DNA from: Nitrosopumilus sp.
GTDB taxonomy: Archaea; Thermoproteota; Nitrososphaeria; Nitrososphaerales; Nitrosopumilaceae
DNA: 64,000 bases
Assembly: GCA_003702525.1 (NCBI GenBank)
Contig: REGJ01000002.1
Coordinates: 7,984-71,983 of the forward strand
Reading direction: 5' to 3'
The notes beneath the pieces are model-generated. The model worked only from the letters and a program-made list of their open reading frames with translations. It did not search any database and was not told the DNA's origin. This document shows, piece after piece, positions 41,726-52,288 of this stretch. The position numbers were made by a program, and so were the translations under genes. Position 1 is the stretch's first letter. Every line of letters starts with the position of its first letter.

Positions 41726-42490
41726 ATGACATTAATTCCAAAGTCACATCCAAGGGCAAAATCACTTTTAATTCGTGAAAAATTAGTAACTGGATTTGAT
41801 AAGGGTCTAGTAGCAAAAGAAGGACTTTTGGCTCAAGGACGAGGAGAAGCATTTGATTATTTACTTGGAGAAAAGACAAATCAGGCTGCAAAACGTGCCA
41901 TAAAGGCAGCAGCTGCACAGTTACTCCAGGCTCAAAAACCAGTTATCTCAGTTAATGGAAATGTTGCAGCCCTGTGCCCAAAGGAGATTATTAGATTATC
42001 AAAGCAAATCAAGGCTAAACTTGAGGTAAATCTATTCTATACTAATGAAAAGAGAAAGCAAGCGATCATCAAAACTCTCAAAAAAAATGGAGCAAAAGAG
42101 ATTCTAGGTACAAATTCAACAAATTCAACAAAATTACCAGGAATTGATTCAGCACGAAGAATTGTAGACAAAGATGGAATTTTTGCAGCTGATGTCGTAG
42201 TTGTTCCTCTAGAAGATGGGGACAGAACTATGGCATTAAGAAATGCAGGAAAAACAGTCATAACATTTGATCTAAATCCACTTTCAAGAACTTCACAAAC
42301 TGCCAACATTACAATTGTAGATAATGTAACACGAGCAATAGAATTACTAATTTCTCAATCAAAAAAGCTAGGAAAAAGAAACGAAAAGAGTCTGGAAAAA
42401 ATAATTTCAGATTTTGATAACAAGAAAAATCTAACAGAAAATGTAGTTCAAATTAAAAATAATCTAACAAGGAGGGCAAGAGTTGCATAA
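41726..42490 (+). CDS. 4-phosphopantoate--beta-alanine ligase (PPS)
   Basis: IPKSHPR, GRGEAFDYL, VPLEDGDR, DLNPLSRT. Confidence 0.93.
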   Translation: MTLIPKSHPRAKSLLIREKLVTGFDKGLVAKEGLLAQGRGEAFDYLLGEKTNQAAKRAIKAAAAQLLQAQKPVISVNGNVAALCPKEIIRLSKQIKAKLEVNLFYTNEKRKQAIIKTLKKNGAKEILGTNSTNSTKLPGIDSARRIVDKDGIFAADVVVVPLEDGDRTMALRNAGKTVITFDLNPLSRTSQTANITIVDNVTRAIELLISQSKKLGKRNEKSLEKIISDFDNKKNLTENVVQIKNNLTRRARVA

Positions 42491-43322
42491 ATCAGTACAA
42501 GATATTGTAAATATGAAAAAAGAAAAAAAGAAAATTTCAGTAATTACTGGTTATGACTATACTTTAGCATCATTATGTGACAAGGCAGGTATTGATGTTA
42601 TGTTAGTTGGAGATAGTGCAGGAATGGTAATGCTGGGTTATGAAAATACAATTCCTGTAACAATGGATCAAATGTGCATGTTTACTGAAGCAGTTAGCAG
42701 AGCACGAAACAATGCATTACTAGTGGCAGATTTACCATTCATGTCATATCAAGCAAGTATAGAAGATGCAATAAACAACTCAGGCAGACTAATCAAGGCA
42801 GGAGCTGATGCTGTAAAACTAGAAGGTGGTTCAATTATGGCTGAAACAATTAGTGCGATTGTAGATGTTGGAATTCCTGTAATGGGACATATTGGATTAC
42901 AACCACAAACAACAATGCTTTCACAAGGTTACAAAGTACAAGGAAAAACAAAAGATTCTGCAATGCAGTTAATTCAAGATGCAAAAGAGCTTGAAGAAGC
43001 TGGAGTGTTTAGTATTGCATTAGAGATGGTAAGCCACGAAGTTGCACAAATAATTTCAGAAACTGTAAGTGTTCCTACAATTGGAATTGGTTCAGGAGTA
43101 AATTGTGATGGACAAGTACTAGTTATTCAAGATTTACTTGGAATGTATGATAAGATAAAGCCAAAATTCGCAAAAAGATACATGAATTTATCTGAAGACA
43201 TTGTAAAATCCCTTGAAGATTACAAAAATGATGTAGAATCAAGTACATTTCCTGCAGAAGAAAATTGGTTTTCAATGGATCCTGAAGAACTAAAAAAATT
43301 ACGTGAGCAAATTGGTAGTTAA
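42483..43322 (+). CDS. panB: Ketopantoate hydroxymethyltransferase
   Basis: LVGDS, VKLEGG, GHIGL, IGIGSG. Confidence 0.96.
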   Translation: MHKSVQDIVNMKKEKKKISVITGYDYTLASLCDKAGIDVMLVGDSAGMVMLGYENTIPVTMDQMCMFTEAVSRARNNALLVADLPFMSYQASIEDAINNSGRLIKAGADAVKLEGGSIMAETISAIVDVGIPVMGHIGLQPQTTMLSQGYKVQGKTKDSAMQLIQDAKELEEAGVFSIALEMVSHEVAQIISETVSVPTIGIGSGVNCDGQVLVIQDLLGMYDKIKPKFAKRYMNLSEDIVKSLEDYKNDVESSTFPAEENWFSMDPEELKKLREQIGS

Positions 43323-44556
43323 AAAGAAAGTAAATGATCACCCATCATTAGATATTGTTTCTTCACATGGTGTAGAGTTAACAGGGAAAAAAATTGTTTT
43401 GTGTGTAGCTGGAAGTGTTGCAGCATACAAAGCAATAGAGCTTGCAAGACTGCTTATGAGACATGGTGCAGATGTAACATGTGTAGCAAGTAGGGCAGTA
43501 ACAAAACTAATTCAGCCTGACTATTTCAAATGGGCTACAGGGAATGATGTAATTACAAAACTTACAGGTAAACTAGAGCACATAAAATTGGCTGATTATA
43601 ACCAATCAGATCTAGTAATTGTATATCCAGCTACTGCAAACACACTAGGAAAACTTGCAAATGGTATTGATGATACTCCAATTTCAACAGTATTAACTGT
43701 AGGATTTGGCGCTAAAATTCCAATTTTGATGTGTTTGGCAATGCACGAATCAATGTATGAGAATTCAGCTGTAAAAAAGAATATAGAGTTTCTAAAAAAT
43801 AAAATTCAATTTCTTTCTCCACAAATGATTGAGGGAAAAGCTAAAGCACCAGAACCAGAAGATGTTTTAGATTTTGTACTAAAGAAATTTGGATTTTCAT
43901 CCATACTACAAAACAAAAAAGTGCTAATGACTGCAGGACCTACAATAGAATACATTGATCCGGTTAGAGTCATAACAAATCTTAGTTCAGGTAAAACAGG
44001 AGTATTGTTAGCTTCAGAATTAATTTCAGCTGGAGCCAAAGTCACTTTAATTTATGGCCCAGGAAATCAAGAACCGCCAAAAGGGACGAAGATAATCAAT
44101 GTTACAACAAACAAAGAGATGCTTGATGCAACAAAAAAAGAACTAAAGAAAAAATATGATATTGTAATTATGGCAGCAGCTGCATCAGATTATACTCCCG
44201 AGAAACCATCAAAATCCAAGATAAAAAGTAACAAAAAATTACTCACAATTAGGCTCAAAAAAGCACCAAAAATCATCGATCAAGTAAAAAAATCCCAAAA
44301 AAATGTTATACTAGTTGGATTCAAGGCAGAAACCAATCTATCAAAATCTGCCCTAATCAAATCAGCTAAAACAAAACTAAAAGAATCTAATGCTGATTTA
44401 ATCATTGCAAACGATATTGGAACAAAATATCAAAAGAATCCAGACAACAATGAAATCATAATTGTTGATGAAAAGAACACTATAACATCAGGATGGAAGA
44501 AAAAAGAAAAGATTGTAAAAATAATTAGAAAAGAAATTGAAAAGAAAATAAAATGA
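43303..44556 (+). CDS. coaBC: Phosphopantothenoylcysteine decarboxylase/ligase
   Basis: GSVAAYK, PATAN, DPVRVITNLSSG, GFKAE. Confidence 0.96.
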   Translation: MSKLVVKKKVNDHPSLDIVSSHGVELTGKKIVLCVAGSVAAYKAIELARLLMRHGADVTCVASRAVTKLIQPDYFKWATGNDVITKLTGKLEHIKLADYNQSDLVIVYPATANTLGKLANGIDDTPISTVLTVGFGAKIPILMCLAMHESMYENSAVKKNIEFLKNKIQFLSPQMIEGKAKAPEPEDVLDFVLKKFGFSSILQNKKVLMTAGPTIEYIDPVRVITNLSSGKTGVLLASELISAGAKVTLIYGPGNQEPPKGTKIINVTTNKEMLDATKKELKKKYDIVIMAAAASDYTPEKPSKSKIKSNKKLLTIRLKKAPKIIDQVKKSQKNVILVGFKAETNLSKSALIKSAKTKLKESNADLIIANDIGTKYQKNPDNNEIIIVDEKNTITSGWKKKEKIVKIIRKEIEKKIK

Positions 44557-44732
44557 AAAATTCTGAATTAAGAAAACTAGTATCACAATATAAAGAAATT
44601 AAAAATAAACAATCAAAGAAACATGCAGATAATTTCAAGTTAGCAGATAAACTAAAAGAGATAGAACATAGATATTTTCATGAGACAGGAAGAACATTAA
44701 AATCAGATCTAAAGGAGTTTAAAGAAAATTGA
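44553..44732 (+). CDS. 59-aa basic helical hypothetical protein
   Basis: Hand translation MKNSELRKLVSQY...EIEHRYFHETGRTLKSDLKEFKEN; overlaps both neighbours by 4 nt. Confidence 0.75.
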   Translation: MKNSELRKLVSQYKEIKNKQSKKHADNFKLADKLKEIEHRYFHETGRTLKSDLKEFKEN

Positions 44733-45571
44733 AAATCAAACCATTTGATTATAAAAAACGAAACATGTCAGTTTGGAATGAAGTTGCACCAAGATATCAT
44801 AAAAGATGGGCAACTGCAAAAAAAGGACCATTTCAGAGTACAAAAAAACTAGTTGAATTAATTGATGTCAAAAAGGGAGATCACATACTTGATGTTGCAA
44901 GTGGAACAGGTGTTGTTACAAAATTATTAAATCAAAAGGTAGGAAAATCAGGATTTGTGGTTGGTGCAGATACAGCAACTACTGCAATTAAAGTTGCAAA
45001 AAAATGGAATAAAAAATCTCCAAATCTATTATTTGTAAATGCTGATGCTGAGAATTTCTCATTCAAAGAAAAATTTGACATCATAACATGCCAGTATGCA
45101 TTGTTTTTCTTTCCAAATTCACAAAAGGCTCTAAAAAACATGAAAAATAGCCTCAAAGAATCAGGTAAATTAGGAATATCTGTGCACGGACATCCAGATA
45201 GAGTCCCATATTTTGATAGTATTTTTGAAGCAGTAACTCAATTTATCCCAAATTATGTTCCACCTGGAACTCCTGATTTTGATAGATTTGGAACCAAAAA
45301 AGCACTCAGAGACGAGATAAAAAAAGCAGGTTTTAGAAAAATCACAGTAGAGAGTTACAATTTCCCATACAGTCCAGGTACTTTTGAGCAATACTGGAGT
45401 AATTATCTTAGATATGTAGCAAAGCCGATTAAGGAAAAACTAGATTCACTTGAAAAGTCTCAAAGAAAAGATCTCAAAGAGATGGTTAAAGAAAACACAA
45501 AACCCTACACAAAAAAGAATGGAATTATTCAATTTCCTTGGGAAGTTTTAATTTTAACAGCAAAACACTAG
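44729..45571 (+). CDS. Class I SAM-dependent methyltransferase (UbiE-like)
   Basis: ILDVASGTG, ADAE, FDII motifs. Confidence 0.88.
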   Translation: MKIKPFDYKKRNMSVWNEVAPRYHKRWATAKKGPFQSTKKLVELIDVKKGDHILDVASGTGVVTKLLNQKVGKSGFVVGADTATTAIKVAKKWNKKSPNLLFVNADAENFSFKEKFDIITCQYALFFFPNSQKALKNMKNSLKESGKLGISVHGHPDRVPYFDSIFEAVTQFIPNYVPPGTPDFDRFGTKKALRDEIKKAGFRKITVESYNFPYSPGTFEQYWSNYLRYVAKPIKEKLDSLEKSQRKDLKEMVKENTKPYTKKNGIIQFPWEVLILTAKH

Positions 45572-45586
45572 AAAATTAGGAGAAAA

Positions 45587-46069
45587 ATGGCCAAAGACAA
45601 GAAAAAAGATGAAGTCGAGAAACCAAAAAAGCAAGGTTTACAGGCATTTCTTAAAAAAAGAGCACCATTTTATCTTGCAGCAGTTGCATTAATTGTGATT
45701 TCAGCTCAGAGTGTGTTATCAGAGAAAAATTTTGAGAACAGTCTACCAGAACTATCAGGAGAAGAACAAATGGTAGCAGATACTTTGTTGAACTATAATG
45801 CAGGAGTTGAATCCAAGTTGACGGTAAAAGAAGTAATCAAAAATCAAATAGATGAAGAGTATCCAGATGAAAAGATCTACGGGCATAAGAAAACAGTTCT
45901 AGATTTGTCAGTTACAAATGTGAATTCAGATGAGTATAATGTTATTTTGAATTTCAAATCATACAAGGGTGAGATCAATTTTGATTGGAATGTTAATGTA
46001 GAGTCTCAAGAAATTACATCAAACAATCCAGATTCAAAACATGTGATTGATGTGGTTAGGTTTTCCTAG
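45587..46069 (+). CDS. Membrane-anchored hypothetical protein
   Basis: Basic N-terminus, one TM, acidic ectodomain. Confidence 0.75.
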   Translation: MAKDKKKDEVEKPKKQGLQAFLKKRAPFYLAAVALIVISAQSVLSEKNFENSLPELSGEEQMVADTLLNYNAGVESKLTVKEVIKNQIDEEYPDEKIYGHKKTVLDLSVTNVNSDEYNVILNFKSYKGEINFDWNVNVESQEITSNNPDSKHVIDVVRFS

Positions 46070-46071
46070 GC

Positions 46072-47136
46072 TCAAATTGTAACTAGATCTTTAGTAAATT
46101 TGTGCATAACAATAGGGTTTTTCTTAACAATCAAAGAATCTTCAATTCGTATTCCAAATTTATTTTCGATGTAAATTCCAGGTTCTACAGTAATTGCCAT
46201 ATTTTCTTTAAGTTTTGTATCACTTCTGTATGAAACAGTAGGAAGTTCATGAACCTCTAATCCAATTCCATGACCAGTTGAATGAATAAAGTATTGACCA
46301 TAATTTTTTTCATCAATATATTTTCTGCATGCAAAATCAACATCTTTACAATTTGCATTTGGTTTTACAGCTTTTAGTCCAAGCTTTTGAGATTCTTTAA
46401 CAATTTCATATGCTTCTTTTGCTTGTGATGAGATATTTCCTATTGCAAATGTTCTTGTTGCATCAGAAACATATCCCTTGTATCTTAGTGTAAGATCAGT
46501 TACAACAAGATCACCTTTTTTGAATTTTCTCTGAGTTACTTGTGCATGAGGTAATGCACCATTAGGACCTCCAGCAATAATTAATGGGTTCAAAGTGGAT
46601 TTGTATCCAGTGTCAAACATTTCTTGTTCCATTGCATAAGTCATCAAAATTGTTTGTAATTCAGACTCTTTTTGGTCTACTTTGATCTTTTTTGAGCAGA
46701 TTTCAAACATTTCATCAATAATTTTGGATGCTTTTTTGAGAATTTTGATCTCATTTTCGTCTTTGATTATACGAGCATTGTAAAATGGCTCTGTAGAGGA
46801 TTTTATTTTTGGGACAGATTTTTTCAAAGATGTCATTATAGAGTAATTTTGGCAATCAGTACAAACATGATTTCTCTTTATTTTCTTTACAAGTGAAGTT
46901 ACAAGTCCAGTTCCACGTTCTGCTGTAATTACATCACAATCGTCAGACTCATCTTTGGCTCTTCCAACCTCAAGTTCTGGAGCAATAATGGTAGTTTTCC
47001 CATTTTTTTCTAGCAGACCTATTGCTTCACCCCAGAATCCAGTCATGTAAAAGAGATTTTCAGGCTCAAATGTAACTAATGTATCACAGCCGATCTTTTG
47101 GGCGTGTTTCAGTAGATTTTTTCTACGTTGTTTCAC
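46072..47136 (-). CDS. Xaa-Pro aminopeptidase (M24)
   Basis: SDATRT, HSTGHGIGLEVHE, EPGIY, GIRIED. Confidence 0.93.
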   Translation of the reverse strand: MKQRRKNLLKHAQKIGCDTLVTFEPENLFYMTGFWGEAIGLLEKNGKTTIIAPELEVGRAKDESDDCDVITAERGTGLVTSLVKKIKRNHVCTDCQNYSIMTSLKKSVPKIKSSTEPFYNARIIKDENEIKILKKASKIIDEMFEICSKKIKVDQKESELQTILMTYAMEQEMFDTGYKSTLNPLIIAGGPNGALPHAQVTQRKFKKGDLVVTDLTLRYKGYVSDATRTFAIGNISSQAKEAYEIVKESQKLGLKAVKPNANCKDVDFACRKYIDEKNYGQYFIHSTGHGIGLEVHELPTVSYRSDTKLKENMAITVEPGIYIENKFGIRIEDSLIVKKNPIVMHKFTKDLVTI

Positions 47137-47207
47137 ACACAAAAAAACCTGTTTCTCAATTTATGTATGATGCAAAGTTTGTATATGGAAATTCAGCCTA
47201 GATCGCT

Positions 47208-48221
47208 GTGACTGAAGAAAAAGAGAAGAAGAAAGTTGTTGCATTATTGTCTGGAGGTCTAGACAGTCAGCTTGCTGTTAGAATGATGCAGGAACAAGGA
47301 TTTGATGTCTCTGCAGTTGCGATAAAGACTCCATTTTGTGATTTTGATTGTGGAAGAGGTTGTGGATTTGAAATTAGAGAAAGAGCAGATGATCTTAATG
47401 TAAATTTGAAGACAGTGTATCTTGGTGACGAGTATATTGAGATGTTAAAGAATCCAAAACACGGAATTGGTGCTGGATTTAATCCGTGTATTGATTGCAG
47501 ATCAATGATGTTTGATGCAGCAAAAAAACACATGGAAGAGATTGGAGCAGAATTTATTGTGTCAGGAGAAGTATTAGGTCAACGTCCAATGAGTCAACAT
47601 GGACCTGCATTAAGAACTATTGAAAAAGAATCAGATCTTGTAGGAAAAATTGTTAGACCACTATCTGCTGCATTGTTACCAGAAACAATTCCTGAAAAAG
47701 AAGGATTGATCAAAAGAGAAAACCTTGGAATGATTAGAGGCAGAACAAGAAGAAATCAATTAGACATGGCAAAACAATATGGAATTGAAAATCCTCCTAA
47801 TGCAGGTGGAGGATGTTTACTAACAGAACCACAATTTGGAATTAAAGCTAAAGATCTTTTCAATCATGTTGAAAATCCAACAATTAATGATATTGATTTG
47901 TTAAAAATTGGAAGACATTTCAGATTAGATGAAGAAACAAAATTTGTTGTTGGTAGAAATAAAGATGAAAATGAAATGATCAAAGCAATTGCATTACCAA
48001 ATGATATTTTACTTGAAGCAAAGGATCATGTTGGACCGACATCAATTCTAAGAGGTAAGACTGCAAAAGATCATACAAAATTTGCTGCATCGGTAACTCT
48101 AAGATATTCAGACGCTCCAAAAAATCAATCAGAAATTGTTTTGGTAAAAAATGGAGACGTTAGTGAAGAAATTAGTGCTAAAAGCATAGAAGAAGAAGAT
48201 TACATAAAATTCAGAATTTAG
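47208..48221 (+). CDS. PP-loop tRNA thiouridylase (ThiI/MnmA-like)
   Basis: LLSGGLDS, PCIDC, GEVLGQRPMSQ, GGCLLT. Confidence 0.85.
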   Translation: MTEEKEKKKVVALLSGGLDSQLAVRMMQEQGFDVSAVAIKTPFCDFDCGRGCGFEIRERADDLNVNLKTVYLGDEYIEMLKNPKHGIGAGFNPCIDCRSMMFDAAKKHMEEIGAEFIVSGEVLGQRPMSQHGPALRTIEKESDLVGKIVRPLSAALLPETIPEKEGLIKRENLGMIRGRTRRNQLDMAKQYGIENPPNAGGGCLLTEPQFGIKAKDLFNHVENPTINDIDLLKIGRHFRLDEETKFVVGRNKDENEMIKAIALPNDILLEAKDHVGPTSILRGKTAKDHTKFAASVTLRYSDAPKNQSEIVLVKNGDVSEEISAKSIEEEDYIKFRI

Positions 48222-48294
48222 GCGTGAATTTTTAAAAAAATTAGTTAAAACTAAGGAAGAGTTTTTGAGGGAGTAGATCGCATTTTCAATTAGA

Positions 48295-48573
48295 ATGCAA
48301 AAGCAAGAAAATACAACATTCCTAAAGGCTATCACCATCAGAGATATCAGTGATGTACATTCGATTCAAGAAGATATCAAAAAAGATATGATTTTGATTC
48401 TTAGAGTAACACCACTAGCTCAAAAAGATGTAGAACAGCTTAGAAAGGTTGTAGAAGAATTGTATTCTATTGCAAAAAGTGCTGGTGCAGATATTGCAAG
48501 ATTGGGTGAAGAAAGAATTATTGTTGCTCCATCTAACATAAAGATCTGGAAACCAGAATACGATCTAAAATAA
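48295..48573 (+). CDS. sepF: SepF-family protein
   Basis: ADIARLGEERIIVAPS motif; 92 aa. Confidence 0.8.
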   Translation: MQKQENTTFLKAITIRDISDVHSIQEDIKKDMILILRVTPLAQKDVEQLRKVVEELYSIAKSAGADIARLGEERIIVAPSNIKIWKPEYDLK

Positions 48574-50505
48574 TTTTATTGCTTCTTGAATTTGTGGGTA
48601 ATGAGCAGGAACTCTATGCATTCTTCTAATATTCATAGCAAGATTTTCTGATTTCTTTCTTTCACCGTGATTAACTAGCACTCGTCTAAGTTTTGGTCTT
48701 AGTCTTTGTACAAATGACATTAGTTGGTTGTAATCACTGTGTCCACTGAATCCATCTAGTTTCTCAACACCACAATTGATCGTTACAACTTCAACTTTAC
48801 CTTCTTTTCCTAACATTGTTGCTTGTTTAGATCCATCAAGAACTCTTCTTCCCAGAGTTCCATTTACTTGATAAGATACAAAGAGAACTTTGCTCTTTTT
48901 GTCAGGAGCAATATTTTTGAAATATTCTAAAACAGGTCCACCTTCCAACATACCAGATGTTGCCAAAATTATACAAGGAGAGTTTTCCCTCATAGGTTCT
49001 TCTCGGGCATCTGCATGCTCAATATTTGTGAAGTATTCAGAATCAAATGGATTATCATCAGTTTCAAGAATTTTTTGTTTTAATTCACGTGCAAGGTATT
49101 CAGGATATGACTCGTGAATTGCAGAAGCTTCAGAAATCATTCCTTCAGTAAATACAGGAGCCTCGATCATTTCGCCAGATTTCATATAATGATCAATCAC
49201 CATCATGATTTCTTGTGCACGGCCAACTGCAGGAATAGGAATCAAAACTTTACCGCCGTCTGCAAGAGTATTGTTTACAGCATTAATGAAAGCTGATTCA
49301 ACTTCTTGTCTACTAGGTTGAATATCTTCTTTAAGACCATAAGTACTCTCTATGAGTAATGTCTCTACTCTAGGGAAATTCCAACTAGCAGCTTCAAACA
49401 AAATACTTTTTCCAAATTTAATATCACCAGAATAAACAAAGTTGTGATCACCATTTCCAATATGAAAGTGACACAATGCAGAACCAAGAATGTGACCTGC
49501 ATTTGCAAGAACTAGTTTGATATCAGGAGAAATATCAGTTACAGTTCCATATGGCAAAGTAATTGTTTGTCTCATGATTTGTTTGACATCACGTTCAGAG
49601 TAGATTGGGGTTCTTCCTTGAGCTGCTGCAACTTTGATTGCATCTAATTGAATTAGATTCATCATAGGTAGTGTTGGTTCTGTACAATAGATTGGTCCTT
49701 TGTATCCATATTTACATAATGTAGGTAAGAATCCAGTGTGATCCAAGTGTGCATGGCCAATAACTACAGCATCAAGATCATCAAGTGTAAGATTCAAAGA
49801 GTCTAGTCTAGGAAATGCATCCATTGGAGAACGTGCTCCAGGATTTATTCCACAATCAATGAGTATCTTGCTTTCAGGTGTAGATAATAATAATGAAGAA
49901 CGTCCAACTTGGCCAAATCCACCAAGAGTGTAAAGTGAAACTTCTGTTCTTTGAGTTAATCTAGGTCTAAAGATTTCATCGCCAACTTGTTTGAGTTGTT
50001 TGCTTCTTTCTGTAGAAGCCTGTTTGAGAGTTGCATTAATTGTTTGAATGGTTCGAGATGGAACAGTTGTAGCCTTTCTTACACGGATTTTCCAGCCTGT
50101 TTGCTCAGTAACTTCAGCATGATTGAATTCTTTTGCATTTCTTTGTAGCAACCAAGGTCGTTTTGCCTCAATTGAGACTTCACCTGTTGCAGTATCAAAT
50201 AGAGTATTCTGTAATTTGGCATCTTCTGGAACCAGACTTGCAATAATTTTTCTAGCATCATCTTCAGGTTTTCTAATTGACTCATCAGTTCTAACAACAA
50301 TTCGCTTTTTGATCACACTTACAAGATTTGAAATTGTTTCATTATTTTCCATCAGATATCGAGGAGCATTTGTATAAAGTGCAATTCGTGGTCCTTCATA
50401 TTCAATTTTTGTAACATTTGCCTCTTTAGGTATACTTTGCAGTATGGTGGCCATTATATTCTGGCTGCTAGGAGGTAATTCTTTTTGTTGTTGTTTTCTT
50501 TGCAT
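48565..50505 (-). CDS. Beta-CASP ribonuclease aCPSF1 (FttA)
   Basis: KH domains, HAHLDH, GHILG, FSGHSD; adjacent to proteasome beta gene. Confidence 0.95.
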   Translation of the reverse strand: MQRKQQQKELPPSSQNIMATILQSIPKEANVTKIEYEGPRIALYTNAPRYLMENNETISNLVSVIKKRIVVRTDESIRKPEDDARKIIASLVPEDAKLQNTLFDTATGEVSIEAKRPWLLQRNAKEFNHAEVTEQTGWKIRVRKATTVPSRTIQTINATLKQASTERSKQLKQVGDEIFRPRLTQRTEVSLYTLGGFGQVGRSSLLLSTPESKILIDCGINPGARSPMDAFPRLDSLNLTLDDLDAVVIGHAHLDHTGFLPTLCKYGYKGPIYCTEPTLPMMNLIQLDAIKVAAAQGRTPIYSERDVKQIMRQTITLPYGTVTDISPDIKLVLANAGHILGSALCHFHIGNGDHNFVYSGDIKFGKSILFEAASWNFPRVETLLIESTYGLKEDIQPSRQEVESAFINAVNNTLADGGKVLIPIPAVGRAQEIMMVIDHYMKSGEMIEAPVFTEGMISEASAIHESYPEYLARELKQKILETDDNPFDSEYFTNIEHADAREEPMRENSPCIILATSGMLEGGPVLEYFKNIAPDKKSKVLFVSYQVNGTLGRRVLDGSKQATMLGKEGKVEVVTINCGVEKLDGFSGHSDYNQLMSFVQRLRPKLRRVLVNHGERKKSENLAMNIRRMHRVPAHYPQIQEAIKLF

Positions 50506-50512
50506 TAAATCA

Positions 50513-51145
50513 CTAAAGTTCAATGACTGCTTTCTTTTGTTCTTCAGTCAAAAGACGGAAACCATCTTTATTCATAATTGCGATGTTAATTCCATCGCCG
50601 GTACCAATGTTTCTAACAATTGCTGCTTTTACAGCTCTTAAAGCAATTTTTTTTGCTTCTTCAACTGTAAGATCTTCTCTGTATTCTTCTTCAAGTAAAC
50701 CATAAGCTACTGGTGAACCGCTACCGGTTGTAACATATGCTTTCTTTTCAACAGAACCAAACATGTCAATATTAAACAATGCAGGACCTTCTGCATCATA
50801 ACCGCCAACTAAAATATCAGCCATAAATGGATAGCCTCTATTTTGATGGAAGATCAATGAGCAAAGTCTTGCAAGTGAATGGATTGAGATTGGTCCATGT
50901 TTTTCAACTCTATGAAGATTAGAATGATAACGTAAAATATCAACAATATTTTGTGCGTCTGCTACACCGCCAGCAAGAGTCAATCCTGCATGGTCATCAA
51001 TTTTTTGAATTTTCATGGTGTTATTGTTTGCAATAAAGTATCCAGCACTTGCTCTCATATCTGCACACAAAACTACACCGTCCTTTGCCTTGATACCTAC
51101 AGTGGTAGTCCCGTGCAGAATTTTTTCTTCGACATTATTTGACAA
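50513..51145 (-). CDS. psmB: Proteasome beta subunit
   Basis: Propeptide then HG|TTTVG; GSGS. Confidence 0.96.
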   Translation of the reverse strand: MSNNVEEKILHGTTTVGIKAKDGVVLCADMRASAGYFIANNNTMKIQKIDDHAGLTLAGGVADAQNIVDILRYHSNLHRVEKHGPISIHSLARLCSLIFHQNRGYPFMADILVGGYDAEGPALFNIDMFGSVEKKAYVTTGSGSPVAYGLLEEEYREDLTVEEAKKIALRAVKAAIVRNIGTGDGINIAIMNKDGFRLLTEEQKKAVIEL

Positions 51146-51222
51146 AAAATACACCTATTAAGATAAAGTAAATGGCATTTCACCCTTTTAAATAACTTTT
51201 TGATCTCTTGAAATCATAAATA

Positions 51223-52287
51223 ATGACAAAAAATCAAGATCGCATGAAATCACACACAATGGAATTGCCCAGACAGATTGTTGTGGGTGAGAAAAACATA
51301 AATGAATTTGGAGAATTTTTGCATAATTTAACCAAACCAAAAAAAGTTTCTCTTATTTCAGGAATTCATGTAAAAAAAGTTCTTAGACAAAGAATTGAAA
51401 AATCATTGAAAATAAAAAGAATCAAGTTTGTATGGCATACATCAAAAGATAATCAAATTGACACACTAAACAGAATTGAAAAAGAAGTAAAAAAAGATCG
51501 TAGTGATATGATTGCAGGTATTGGTGGGGGACGTTCTGTTGATACGGCAAAATTAATTTCTTTTAATTTAGATATTCCATTTGTTAGTGTACCAACTGCT
51601 GCATCACATGATGGAGTATCAAGTCCATTTGTTTCAGTTAAAAGCGATAAACCACATTCTATTGTTGCAACTGCCCCATTAGGAGTATTTGTCGACATAG
51701 ATATTATCAAAAAAGCCCCATCGAGATTGCTTGCTAGTGGTTGTGGCGATTTGATAGCAAATATCATTGCAGTAAAAGATTGGCAATTAGGTCATCAAAA
51801 AACTGGCGAATATTATGGAACTTACTCAGCAGAATTAGCACTGATGAGTGCCATGATGGTACTTGATAATTCAAGAAAATATGCAAAAAATGGATTAGAT
51901 GCAAGAGTAATTGTTGAAGCTTTGATTAGTGCAGGAGTTGCCTCATGTATTGCTGGAAGTAGTAGACCATGTTCAGGTGCAGAACATCTCTTTTCACATG
52001 CCTTAGACAAAATTGCACCAGGAAAGGGGTTACATGGAGAAAAATGCGGAATAGGTTCCATCATGATTGCAAAACTACAAGGACAGAATTGGAAAAAAAT
52101 TGTTAAGACTCTAAAAGATGTTGGAGCGCCAACTACGGCAAAACAAATTGGTTTAACTGAAGATCAAATTATTGATGCATTAGTTATTGCACAAGACTTG
52201 AGACCTGAAAGATATACAATTCTAAAAGAGGTAGAAATGACAGAAAGAAAGGCAAAAAGTCTTGCAAAGAGTACTAAAGTGATTTAG
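51223..52287 (+). CDS. egsA: sn-glycerol-1-phosphate dehydrogenase
   Basis: GGGRSVD, PTAASHDG, SRPCSGAEH, LHGE. Confidence 0.95.
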   Translation: MTKNQDRMKSHTMELPRQIVVGEKNINEFGEFLHNLTKPKKVSLISGIHVKKVLRQRIEKSLKIKRIKFVWHTSKDNQIDTLNRIEKEVKKDRSDMIAGIGGGRSVDTAKLISFNLDIPFVSVPTAASHDGVSSPFVSVKSDKPHSIVATAPLGVFVDIDIIKKAPSRLLASGCGDLIANIIAVKDWQLGHQKTGEYYGTYSAELALMSAMMVLDNSRKYAKNGLDARVIVEALISAGVASCIAGSSRPCSGAEHLFSHALDKIAPGKGLHGEKCGIGSIMIAKLQGQNWKKIVKTLKDVGAPTTAKQIGLTEDQIIDALVIAQDLRPERYTILKEVEMTERKAKSLAKSTKVI

Positions 52288-52288
52288 T

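Noticed and set aside
40804-44556. CoA biosynthesis cluster as a novelty
   Set aside because: Established archaeal PoK/PPS pathway
48565-51145. aCPSF1-psmB linkage as a novelty
   Set aside because: Well-known conserved archaeal gene pair
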